Positions 41,230 to 50,200 of a stretch of 64,000 nt of DNA are shown in pieces (positions within the stretch are counted from its first letter, which is position 1; every line of letters begins with the position of its first letter). Origin of the DNA: an uncultured delta proteobacterium (GTDB lineage: Bacteria > Myxococcota_A > Polyangia > Polyangiales > Polyangiaceae); assembly GCA_963841435.1 (NCBI GenBank), contig CAWJCS010000002.1, positions 224,001-288,000 on the forward strand. Direction: 5' to 3'. The notes below the pieces were generated by a model. That model saw only the letters and a list, made by a program, of their open reading frames with translations. It did no database searches and was not told the DNA's origin. Position numbers and translations under genes: made by a program.

Positions 41230-43223
41230 GGAGCACCCACTTTCCTCGTGCGAAAGCCGGGGTCGGAAGCGATCCGGCGGAACACGTCGCGGAGCGACAC
41301 CCCGGGCGCGTCGAGCCCCGTGCGCATGTCGTCGTACGCACAGGCGTCGCCGCTGTCCTTCGTCGGCTCGCGCCCGAGCGCGTAGCGGAAGTAGTTGGCC
41401 GACAGGCAGGCTTCGACCTTGCCGCTGGCGAGGATTTTCTGATTGAGCTCGATGGGACCGTTCACGTCGACCGGGTCCTCGCTGCCGAGGGCGACGGGTG
41501 CGACGATGTCGATGGGCAGCGTGGCCAGAAGCTCCCCCGTCTGCTCGTCGAAGACCTGCTCCTCGGTGCGGTAGCGGCCGAGGGAGTCGTAGGCTTCCAG
41601 CGTGTAGCCGATGTTGCTGAACGTGCCGTGGCACCCCGCGCAGAGGCCGTTGCCCTCGATCTTCTTCGCGAAGCGCTCGCGGGTCGTCAGCGCCGTGCTC
41701 GGCGGCGGCGGGTCGAGGGAGCCCGCGGGCAGCGTGGTCGGATCCGGCGGCTGGAGGTCCTCGCAGAGGATGGAGCGGCGGATGGACGCGCCGCGATGAA
41801 AGGGGTTCGTCGTCTCGAGGCTCGAGACCAAGAGGGCGCTTCGCAGCAGGAGACCTTCGCGCGTGCCGTCGGGGAACGTCGGGTACGCGCCGCTGCCGCT
41901 CCACGCCTTCACGCCGTACAGGTGAGCGAGATCGTCCGAGCGGGTCACCGAGGCGTTCGACGTCATGAGGTCCACGAAAGTGCCGTCCTGCTTCCAGGTG
42001 TAGAGGTCCGTCAGGTCCTGGATCTCCTGCACCATGTCGCCCCAATGGTCGTGGCCGCTCTCACCGAGGTGCTCTCCTTGGGCGAGCGCCTGGAACGCGG
42101 GTCGCTCCGACGAGAACCCCGTGAACGAATCGAAGCGCATCCACTGGTTCCAGAACTGCCAGAGGGTCTCCTGCGTGCGCGGGTCGGAGTAGACGCGATC
42201 GAGCTCGGCCAGGAAGCCGTCGTCGGTGTCGAGCGCACCGCTCTCGGCTGCCGCGAAGAGCTCGTCGTCGGGCATCGACTGCCAGAACGTGTAGGAAAGC
42301 CTCGATGCCACCTCGTACGGGTCGAGCTTCAAATAATCGTCGCCGCCGGAAACGGGCATCCCCTCGAGCTCGAGGTGATTCACGAAGCGCGGTGACATGA
42401 GCAACGTGACGACGACGTTGCGCAGCGCTTCGGCCGAGTCCATGGCCTGCGGCGAATCGCCCTGGGCTACGTCGCGGTACTCCGTCATTTCCTCGGGCGT
42501 CAGCGGTCGCCTGAGCACGCGCTTGCCGAAATCCTCGAGAAAGGCGTCGAGGCAGCTCGCCGTGAGCGTGGCGTCCGTTGCGCAGTCACCGGCGAGCGCC
42601 GTGAGGCGTGCCGTCGTGCTCGTTGCCGCGTCGCCGACGGCCACCGCGAGGTTGAAGTAGGCGTTCAGATGATCGAGGGAGATGCGCTTGTCGAGGCCGC
42701 GGAACGTCCGCGGGCTGTCGTCGGGGACGGCGGCGAGCAGCTGTGTCAGTCCGCCGGCCACGTCCGAAAGCCCGCTCGCTGCGAGAAGATCGAGCACTGT
42801 ATTTCGGTACTGGACCGTCGAGAGCTTGCTGAGCGGCGAGACGCCGGGCTCCGCGCTCTGGGGCGGGCAATCGCCGAACGCCGTCGGCGGATCGATGACC
42901 GTGCCCGTGCCCGAGGCATTGCCGCTGCCGGCGCTGCCCGAGCTCCCGCCGTTGCCGCCCGTGGCTCCACTACCGCTACCGCCGGTGGCGCTGCCGCCGC
43001 TGCCTCCCGACGAGCTCGCTCCGCTTCCGCCTGCGCCCGACGCCTTGCCGCCCGATGCCCCCGAGCCGCTGGGGCCCCCGCCACTGGCCTCGGGGCCGGT
43101 TCGCTCGACCTGCGCCGTGCAGGCGCACAAGACGAGGACCGCTGCAGAAACCCAAGCGAAAAAGGGTACATGCGGTGGCCGACCGCCGATGGCGGGTCCC
43201 GGGGAGGGAGCGCGAGAGGACAT
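41226..43223 (-). CDS. DUF1592/1595/1588/1587/1585 lipoprotein
   Basis: Lipobox LCA-C; KLSTVQYRNTV, RRPLT, ASRLSYTFWQSMPD, CAGCH, YDSLGRYR. Confidence 0.9.
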   Translation of the reverse strand: MSSRAPSPGPAIGGRPPHVPFFAWVSAAVLVLCACTAQVERTGPEASGGGPSGSGASGGKASGAGGSGASSSGGSGGSATGGSGSGATGGNGGSSGSAGSGNASGTGTVIDPPTAFGDCPPQSAEPGVSPLSKLSTVQYRNTVLDLLAASGLSDVAGGLTQLLAAVPDDSPRTFRGLDKRISLDHLNAYFNLAVAVGDAATSTTARLTALAGDCATDATLTASCLDAFLEDFGKRVLRRPLTPEEMTEYRDVAQGDSPQAMDSAEALRNVVVTLLMSPRFVNHLELEGMPVSGGDDYLKLDPYEVASRLSYTFWQSMPDDELFAAAESGALDTDDGFLAELDRVYSDPRTQETLWQFWNQWMRFDSFTGFSSERPAFQALAQGEHLGESGHDHWGDMVQEIQDLTDLYTWKQDGTFVDLMTSNASVTRSDDLAHLYGVKAWSGSGAYPTFPDGTREGLLLRSALLVSSLETTNPFHRGASIRRSILCEDLQPPDPTTLPAGSLDPPPPSTALTTRERFAKKIEGNGLCAGCHGTFSNIGYTLEAYDSLGRYRTEEQVFDEQTGELLATLPIDIVAPVALGSEDPVDVNGPIELNQKILASGKVEACLSANYFRYALGREPTKDSGDACAYDDMRTGLDAPGVSLRDVFRRIASDPGFRTRKVGAP

Positions 43224-43472
43224 GCTCTCTACGGACGAACCCCGACCGGAGCCTCCGGGGTCAATAAATCGTCGTTCTTTGCCGAAGTCGCCGGAGCGGG
43301 TCCCGCCTCAGGGAAACGTCGGCTCTTCGGGGGCATATCGCGTCGCGGTGTCGCCGAGCCCGAGCTGGCCGACGACACGCGCGTTGGCCGCCACGCGCTC
43401 GTAACCGCCGGTGGCCGCAACGACGACGCCAATCTGACGGTGTGCGATCCCGAGCCCTCCGGTGCGCCCAGC

Positions 43473-43796
43473 GTGCTCGACGTGCCCACGGGTTTCTCCA
43501 GCATTCAAGCTGCGATCGACGCCGCGGCACCCGGCGATACCGTACGCGTCGGGCCCGGCGTGTATCACGAGGCGCTCAGGCTTCGCTCGTTCGTGAGCCT
43601 CGTGGGCGCCGGCGCGAGCCAGACGGTGCTCGACGGCGACCGAGGCTCGCAGAACCTCATCGACTTCACGGGTGCGCGTGGCGTCGTCGTGACGGGCTTC
43701 ACGTTGCGGAACACCGGCCAGGGCGTCGGCTGCGCCGGCCCCGACGATCCGGGGCCGTTCGGTGGGCCGCTCGGCGAGTGGTCGCCGCTCGAGTAG
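43473..43796 (+). pseudogene. Truncated fragment of a pectin-lyase-like beta-helix (DUF1565/NosD-like) protein
   Basis: 'VPTGFSSIQAAIDAAAPGDTVRVGPGVYHE...LVGAGASQTVLDG...VTGFTL', then an early stop; no signal peptide or clear start. Confidence 0.55.
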
Positions 43797-43826
43797 CAAC
43801 GTGCGTCCGTTGCGAAGCTCGCACGC

Positions 43827-44144
43827 TCAGGGAGGCGTGTCGGGTGGCGTGCGGTCCGCCACGTATGCCGCGATCTGTCGCACCAGAGCCTCGCACGCTT
43901 CCGTCACCTCGCCCGCGAGCACGGCGATGCCGAGCTGCGCGTCGAGATGCAGCGTGATGGGCAAGGGCCCGACGACGTAGTCCCAGAATAGCTGCCCCAT
44001 GCCCTCGACGCGGTCTCGCCCCTCGGCGCCGAAGCGCTCCACGACGATGTCCGCACATTGCCTGAGGAGCACGCGACTCGGCTTGGTGTGGGTCCACGCC
44101 GTGAGCTCGCCTTTCGCCGTGCGATCCCAGCGAATGTCGTTCAC
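43827..44144 (-). CDS. Small hypothetical protein (possibly DUF3630-like)
   Basis: 'VEGMGQLFWDYVV...TLHLDAQLGI'; the family is a guess. Confidence 0.5.
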   Translation of the reverse strand: MNDIRWDRTAKGELTAWTHTKPSRVLLRQCADIVVERFGAEGRDRVEGMGQLFWDYVVGPLPITLHLDAQLGIAVLAGEVTEACEALVRQIAAYVADRTPPDTPP

Positions 44145-44263
44145 GTGAGGGCTCGGGGTATCCACGAACGAGTAGGAAAGTACCCTACGCCCGACTTCAG
44201 GCGGGGGGAAAGGCCCGCGGCGAGCCATCCCCGCTCGCCGTCAACGGTGATACGCTGCGAGGA

Positions 44264-45160
44264 ATGCGACGGCTCTGGGTCGTCCTATCGGCGGCCGTCA
44301 CTTCGTTCGCCTGTAGCTCCGACGACGGTGTGTCCGGGGCCGATCGTCCGTCTTCGGGTGGCACGTCCGGGCAGGCCAACGGCGGGACCAGTGGCATTGA
44401 GAGCGGGCAGGGCGGTGCCATCGCCAGCGGTGCCGGTGGTGGGGTGGTGGCTGGCAGCGGCACGGCGGCGGGTGGCGGAGGGGGTGCAGCCGGAGCGGGT
44501 GCCGGGAGCTCGGGCGCGGGCGCGGGCGACGCTGGTCACGCGGGTGACTCGGGGGGCGGGGTCGGCGGCGCAGCGGGGAGCACGGCGGGCGGCGACGCTG
44601 GCACGAGCGCGGCAGGTGCGGGCATGGGTGGGCAGGGGCCGACACGGTGCGAGGACCCGCTCGATACCGGAGACACGTCTCGCTTCGATACGAGCGAGCT
44701 TTTCGAAACGTACACGGTGATGGGAACCACCGCGGGCGAGCTCCGGACGAGTGTGAACGAAAACCGTGGGATGGACTACGACGCTCTCACGAGCTCCCAC
44801 CTGAGCTGGAGCTTCCAGGGCTGTACGAACCCGACGTGGATAGTCTCGCTCGAGATCGACTATCTGCTGCCGGAGTGGGATCCACCGGCATCGGCCGATC
44901 CCGATCTGGTGGACGCATGGCAAACGTACATCGACGCGCTCCAGTGCCACGAGTACGGCCACGGCCGGATCGCAGTGGATTGTGCCAACGAGGTGATGGA
45001 CGCCTTCGAGAGCCTCCAGGAAACCGGCGACTGCGCGGCATTGCAGGAAAATGCCCAGTCCGCCTTCGACACCGTGCTCGACGCGTGCGCTGCGCGCGAG
45101 GTCATGTACGACGCCGACACGAACCACGGCGCGACGATGGGCGCGGTGTTTCCTCCCTGA
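44264..45160 (+). CDS. DUF922 putative zinc-protease lipoprotein
   Basis: Lipobox SFA-C, Gly linker, LPEW, CHEYGHGRIA, YDADTNHG. Confidence 0.85.
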   Translation: MRRLWVVLSAAVTSFACSSDDGVSGADRPSSGGTSGQANGGTSGIESGQGGAIASGAGGGVVAGSGTAAGGGGGAAGAGAGSSGAGAGDAGHAGDSGGGVGGAAGSTAGGDAGTSAAGAGMGGQGPTRCEDPLDTGDTSRFDTSELFETYTVMGTTAGELRTSVNENRGMDYDALTSSHLSWSFQGCTNPTWIVSLEIDYLLPEWDPPASADPDLVDAWQTYIDALQCHEYGHGRIAVDCANEVMDAFESLQETGDCAALQENAQSAFDTVLDACAAREVMYDADTNHGATMGAVFPP

Positions 45161-45225
45161 GCGTCCGGCGCACCGAACGGCGCTTCCGTGCCGGTGCAGT
45201 GCTCGGTGTCGGTGGTGACCACGGC

Positions 45226-46434
45226 ATGCAAACCTTCGAAACCGAAAACGTTCCCATCAAGGCCTGGGTCAACGGCGTCCCGTTCGAGGATGTCGCGAAA
45301 AAGCAGGTCGAGAACGTCGCGAGCCTGCCGTTCGTGCACCAGCATGTCGCGGTCATGCCGGACGTGCATTTTGGGATGGGTGCGACCGTCGGCAGCGTGA
45401 TTGCCACGCGGGGCGCGGTCATCCCAGCCGCCGTCGGCGTCAACATCGGCTGCGGCATGGTTGCGGCGCGGCTCGCGCTTGCGGCGTCCGATCTGCCAGA
45501 TTCGCTCGGCACGATGCGCTCGGCCATCGAGGCGGCGGTGCCGCACGGCCGCACGGCGAACGGCGGCCCGAACAATCGCGGTGCTTGGAACAATCCCCCG
45601 CCCGCCGTGTCGTCCGTGTGGGCGGGCCTTCACGAGCGGTTCGAGCGCATCGTCGAGAAGCACCCGAAGGTCGCGCGTGCGAACCACGAGCGCCATCTCG
45701 GCACGCTCGGAACGGGCAACCACTTCATCGAGGTCTGCCTGGACGGTTCGGACGGCGTTTGGGTGATGCTCCATTCCGGCTCGCGCGGTGTCGGCGGGCG
45801 CATCGGGTCGTACTTCATCGAGCTCGCGAAAAACGACATGCGGCGCCTCGTCGTCAACCTGCCGGACACGGATCTTGCCTATCTCGCCGAAGGCACGGAA
45901 AACTTCGACGACTACCTCGAGGCTGTCGGCTGGGCTCAGGACTTCGCGCTCGCGAACCGCGCGCTCATGCTGCGGGCGACCGTTGCGGCCGTCGGCAGGA
46001 CGCTCGGTCGCGACCTCGCGTTTTCGGACGTGGCCGTTCAGTGCCATCACAACTACGTGTCGCGCGAGCACCACTTCGGCGAAGAAGTGCTCGTCACGCG
46101 AAAAGGTGCGGTCCGCGCGCGTCTCGGCGAGCTCGGCATCATTCCAGGCAGCATGGGTACGCGGAGCTACATCGTGCGCGGCAAGGGCAACCCGGCGAGC
46201 TTCGAATCCTGCTCGCATGGCGCGGGCCGCAAGATGTCGCGTGGCCAGGCGAAGCGCACGTTCTCGCTCGAGGAGCATGCGAAGGCCGTCCAGGGCGTCG
46301 AGTGCCGTCGCGACGCGGGCGTCATCGACGAGACGCCCGGCGCCTACAAGTCGATCGACGCCGTGATGGCCGCGCAGCGAGACCTCGTCGAGGTCGTGCA
46401 CGAGCTCAAACAGGTGCTTTGCGTCAAGGGATGA
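45226..46434 (+). CDS. rtcB: RNA-splicing/repair ligase RtcB (metal-ligand Asp reads Asn)
   Basis: MPDVH.G.GAT.GSV, GV[N]IGCG, GTLGTGNHF, HSGSRG, HHNY, PGSMG, SCSHGAGR, YK, KG. Confidence 0.95.
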   Translation: MQTFETENVPIKAWVNGVPFEDVAKKQVENVASLPFVHQHVAVMPDVHFGMGATVGSVIATRGAVIPAAVGVNIGCGMVAARLALAASDLPDSLGTMRSAIEAAVPHGRTANGGPNNRGAWNNPPPAVSSVWAGLHERFERIVEKHPKVARANHERHLGTLGTGNHFIEVCLDGSDGVWVMLHSGSRGVGGRIGSYFIELAKNDMRRLVVNLPDTDLAYLAEGTENFDDYLEAVGWAQDFALANRALMLRATVAAVGRTLGRDLAFSDVAVQCHHNYVSREHHFGEEVLVTRKGAVRARLGELGIIPGSMGTRSYIVRGKGNPASFESCSHGAGRKMSRGQAKRTFSLEEHAKAVQGVECRRDAGVIDETPGAYKSIDAVMAAQRDLVEVVHELKQVLCVKG

Positions 46435-46447
46435 CGAGTGCGGCGTC

Positions 46448-46988
46448 CTATCGGCCGAGCGCGAAGCAGACGCCGACGACGAGCAGCATCAAGCAGAGCG
46501 TCAAGAGGCTCCAGCCGCCGAACGCCGACTCTTCCCGAACCGCAACCTCGAGCCGCGGTCGCTCGACCGCGTGCTCGACGTTGGGCTGAGGCACGCGCGC
46601 GGGTGGCGGCAACGGGTCGGGCTGGGCGCCCGGTTCGAACGGAGCGGGGGGCTCCGGTTGAACTCGCGGTCTCGGGTGGGACGCTCGGTCCCGATCTCTG
46701 CTCGGGCTTTTTCGGAGGTGTCATGCGCCGCGCGCGCGCGAGCAGCTCTGGAGGAGGCACGAACACGGCCGTGCAGTCTTGATCCACCGGCAGCCCGCGG
46801 CTCGATTCGCGCTCGCGAAGACGTCGAATCATCTCCTTCGGAAGACGTTTGACGATCGTAGCTTGCTCGTCGAACGAGGTGATACCGCTCTCTTCGTCGC
46901 TCGGTAGCTGCTCCGCTTGCGCACCGCCTCGGATCGAGGCGACCCAGCGCTCGAACGCCTGACGCTTTTCAGCAGTTTCGTTACTCAT
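46448..46988 (-). CDS. Hypothetical protein with C-terminal TM helix; frameshift in the G run at ~46650
   Basis: MSNETAEKRQAFERW... continues after the shift as 'FEPGAQPDPLPPP...WSLLTLCLMLLVVGVCFALGR*'. Confidence 0.6.
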
Positions 46989-47172
46989 GACGCCGACCTC
47001 CAAGGGTGCTGCGGCGAGCCTTCAGAAGATAGCCCAACCCTTTCGTTTCATCACGCACTCTTGAAGCGCTGCGACGTGATCTTCGGGTGGGTGAAGAGCG
47101 CCAGGAGTGGCCCGGTGTAGGCCTAGGTCGTCGCCTTGCGTACTTGGCGAGGGGCGGCAACGTGGCGCGCTG

Positions 47173-47982
47173 TCAGTCGCCGCCGTCGAGCGCTTCGAGG
47201 ATCTTGCGTGCTTGGCGGCGACCGTCCTTGCCGAAGCGCCCGCGCTCGATGTCGGAAAGAGCGCCCTCCGCTTCGGCCTTGCGCCCGAGCTGGGCGAGGC
47301 ACACGGCACGATTGAGGCGTGCCTCCGGCGCGAAGACTCCCCGGGGGAAAGCCCAAAGGTAGGCGTCCCACGCGGCGAGCGTGCGCGAACAATCCGCCCC
47401 ACCGAAGTGGAGCGCGTGGGCTCGGTGGTAAAGGGCGAGATCGGCGCTCGGTGCCGCGGAAGCCCGCGTCGTAGCGGGGTGTTCGGCTGCCTGCGATTCC
47501 TCCGCGCGCACCGGGGGCGCCGGCCGTGTGGGAGCAGGCTCGATCGGCAGGGATGCGATCGAGCGCGCCTCGATGGGGGCGTTCAGTGCGTTTGGGCTCG
47601 CAGGAGTCGCGACGGCGGAGGGAGGTGCCGCGGCTGGCCGCGCGACGGGGGGGCCTGCGGCTCTAGCCTCGCCGTGCTGCTTGCCACGGTGCGGCCCCGT
47701 GCTCGTCGGGGCGCGCCCGCTTGCCGCGCTCAGAATGCTGCGTTCCACGAACGACAGCGCGCTCCGCGCGTTCTCGCGAACGATGGGCGTTGCCGCGAGC
47801 GCGACCGAGCCCGCGAACGTCGCCGCGAGCGGAATGAGCCAGCGCACGCGCTCCGCTCGCAGCAGACGACCTCGGCTCGCGGCCGCGACGATGCGTCTGC
47901 GGAGGGCACGCTGGTCGAGCGAGCGAGCCGTGTGCTCCGCACGATAAGCGTCGACGAACGGCGACAACGCGTCGTTCGTCAT
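47173..47982 (-). CDS. Putative anti-sigma factor (TM, Pro/Ala linker, TPR-like C-terminus)
   Basis: ATGA-coupled to the ECF sigma gene; one TM segment; 'LYHRAH...YLWAFPRGVFAPEA...LAQLGR..EA'. Confidence 0.75.
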   Translation of the reverse strand: MTNDALSPFVDAYRAEHTARSLDQRALRRRIVAAASRGRLLRAERVRWLIPLAATFAGSVALAATPIVRENARSALSFVERSILSAASGRAPTSTGPHRGKQHGEARAAGPPVARPAAAPPSAVATPASPNALNAPIEARSIASLPIEPAPTRPAPPVRAEESQAAEHPATTRASAAPSADLALYHRAHALHFGGADCSRTLAAWDAYLWAFPRGVFAPEARLNRAVCLAQLGRKAEAEGALSDIERGRFGKDGRRQARKILEALDGGD

Positions 47983-48548
47983 TGCGAGCTCTCCGTGAGA
48001 AACGCCTGAAGTCGGCGCTTGGCGTGGAACACGCGCGTCCTCACCGTCGCTTCCGGAATCCCGAGGATCTCGGAGACCTCCTGGACGTCGCAGCCCTCGA
48101 TCTCGCGGAGCAAGAACGTCACGCGGTGATCGAGTGTCAGGCTCTCGAGGGCCCGCTCGAGGCGAGCGGCGAGGGTGCGGCGTTCGCTCAGTCTCTCGGG
48201 GTCCTCGACCGCCGCGAGCGGTTCCCTGCCGAGGCGCTCCGTGAAGCGCCTGCGGCGCGCGAGAGCGCGCAGATGGTGCCGCGCGCGGTTCGCGGCGATG
48301 CCGAGCAAGAACGCGCGCAGCGACTTGCCCCGATCGAGCTTGTGACAGACCCGCGGCAGGACCAAAAACACGTCCTGCACGAGATCCTCTGCGGCGTGAT
48401 CGTCGCACACGAGCCGCCGCGCGAAGGAGCAGAGCGCGACGTGATGCGCATCGTACGCCTCGGCGATCGCGTCCGGATCGGCCCGGCGCACGCGGACGAG
48501 GAAAGCCTCGTCCGGCGCCCCGATGTCGACGAGCGTCAATGTGTGCAT
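47979..48548 (-). CDS. ECF RNA polymerase sigma factor
   Basis: AEDLVQDVF, SLRAFLLGIAAN, EVSEILGIPEATVRTRVFHAKRRL. Confidence 0.93.
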   Translation of the reverse strand: MHTLTLVDIGAPDEAFLVRVRRADPDAIAEAYDAHHVALCSFARRLVCDDHAAEDLVQDVFLVLPRVCHKLDRGKSLRAFLLGIAANRARHHLRALARRRRFTERLGREPLAAVEDPERLSERRTLAARLERALESLTLDHRVTFLLREIEGCDVQEVSEILGIPEATVRTRVFHAKRRLQAFLTESSQ

Positions 48549-48566
48549 GGCCCGCGCCTACCCTGT

Positions 48567-48593
48567 ATTCCCGATCCTACCTCGGGCGTTCAC
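48567..48593 (-). promoter_or_regulatory. Putative ECF autoregulatory promoter GTGAAC-N16-GGAAT
   Basis: Minus strand reads CGTGAAC-gcccgaggtaggatcg-GGAAT, 18 bp before the sigma ATG. Confidence 0.7.
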
Positions 48594-48665
48594 GGGGCAC
48601 ATGAGATCGGGAATTTGCCTTCGATTCCTTCGAGATGGCCGGTGTCGTACCGAGTGGCGCTCGGC

Positions 48666-48692
48666 GTGAACGCTTTCGGCCCCTCGGGGAAT
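48666..48692 (+). promoter_or_regulatory. Putative ECF promoter GTGAAC-N16-GGAAT
   Basis: CGTGAAC-gctttcggcccctcgg-GGAAT, 8 bp before ATG 48701. Confidence 0.7.
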
Positions 48693-48700
48693 CACGGGGG

Positions 48701-49951
48701 ATGACGAAACGGCGATTGCCTGCGGTGGCTCTGCTCTGGGCGGTCCTGCTGGGGGCGCCGGGGGTCGTCGCGGCCGAGCCGCTGCGTCTCGAGCTCGATG
48801 CGACGGCCGGAAGCCTCCCCGAGGGCGACATCCGGATGGCGATCGAGAAGGAGCTCGGGCGATCCGTGACCGGCGCCGAGCCCGGCGCGCCGAGCGACGT
48901 GAACGTCGCCGTCGTCGATCAACGCATCGTGATCCGCGTGCGGCAAGGCGACGCCGTCGTGGAGCGCTCGGTGCCGCTCCCGGCAAACCTCGCGGACGTT
49001 CCGCTGACCGTGAGCCTCATCGTCGGCAATCTGGCGCGCGATCAGAGCGTGGGGCTCGCGGCGCCGACCGCCGCGCCGCCGAGCGCGCCGCCGCCCCCCG
49101 AGCCGGCGAAGCCCGAGCCGCCCCCGAGCGCCGCACCGGTGCCCGAGCGCCCTCGAGCTGACGCACGTCGCTATCGGTCGCACTGGCTCGGTGCGCACGT
49201 TGCTCAGGATCTCGCCTTCGTCGGTGGGAACAACGTCTGCGACCCCACCCTCGGGCAACTCGACGACAACTTTGCGTGCTTCGAGTCGGGTACGACCAAT
49301 CGACCCTTTTTTCACACGCCGTTCCCCCTGCGAGATGAAGTGAAGCGAGGGCTCGTCGTCGCGACGACTCGCGTGCTGCTTTCCTACCAATACGCGCCGT
49401 CGCCATGGATTTCGATTGGCGGCCGCGCGGGCTACGCGCTCCGAGGCGGACCGCCTGCCGGCCAGGCGCCCGACGAAAGTGGCGTCGGCCAGGGCGGGAC
49501 GCCGTTCCTTCCGGTGCACCTCGAGGTCGACTTTCGCGCCTGGTTCGCGCCGCTCACCAACGAGCGAGTGCGGGCGTACGCCGAGCTGTCGGCTGGTCTG
49601 GCGCAGGTTGACTCGAAAGTCACCGTCGACGAGTACGACTGCACCCAGGCGGGAGGCTCCGGCGTGGACCCGAGCCAATCCCTGGATTACGTCAACCCGG
49701 TCACCGGCCGGACGTACACACCATTCGAGCAATGCAAGGCGGCCATCGGCCACTACGATTATCGGCTCTACGAGCCGACCGCAGTCGATGCCTGGAAGAA
49801 GCAGGGGCAGGCTTTCCTTTCGCTGGGGGCCGGCGGCATGGTTGCCATCACCGATCAGCTCGGCGTGGTGCTCAACCTGAAGGCGATGGTCATGCTGCCG
49901 GCCTCCGGCCTCGTTCTCGAACCTTCGCTCGGTCTCGAGCTCGGGCTCTGA
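48701..49951 (+). CDS. Secreted/outer-membrane beta-barrel-like protein
   Basis: Signal peptide, Pro-rich linker, amphipathic beta-strands ending LEPSLGLELGL. Confidence 0.75.
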   Translation: MTKRRLPAVALLWAVLLGAPGVVAAEPLRLELDATAGSLPEGDIRMAIEKELGRSVTGAEPGAPSDVNVAVVDQRIVIRVRQGDAVVERSVPLPANLADVPLTVSLIVGNLARDQSVGLAAPTAAPPSAPPPPEPAKPEPPPSAAPVPERPRADARRYRSHWLGAHVAQDLAFVGGNNVCDPTLGQLDDNFACFESGTTNRPFFHTPFPLRDEVKRGLVVATTRVLLSYQYAPSPWISIGGRAGYALRGGPPAGQAPDESGVGQGGTPFLPVHLEVDFRAWFAPLTNERVRAYAELSAGLAQVDSKVTVDEYDCTQAGGSGVDPSQSLDYVNPVTGRTYTPFEQCKAAIGHYDYRLYEPTAVDAWKKQGQAFLSLGAGGMVAITDQLGVVLNLKAMVMLPASGLVLEPSLGLELGL

Positions 49952-49992
49952 CCGAGCGGGTGCGCGCCCAGGCTCCGCGGCGCGCTCCCGAG

Positions 49993-50163
49993 TCAGGGTC
50001 CGGAGAGCAGACGCCCTTCTTCGGCAAAGAGCTCGGTGACGTCGAAGTAGAAAACGCCCTCGGCGCCGCTCTTCTCGTTCTTGGCGCCGAGCACGTCGAA
50101 GTGGCGAGCGCCGTGGGGGACGAGCGATTGCTCGGTGACCTCGAAGCCGCCGGCTCGCAGGTA
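49993..50163 (-). pseudogene. Orphan C-terminal gene fragment (DUF4919-like)
   Basis: 'YLRAGGFEVTEQSLVPHGARHFDVL...FYFDVTELF...*' has no start and begins right after an in-frame TAG within CTAG (50164-50167). Confidence 0.5.
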
Positions 50164-50200
50164 CTAGCCTTGGCGAAGCGGCTTTGGAGCCCGGAGCACC

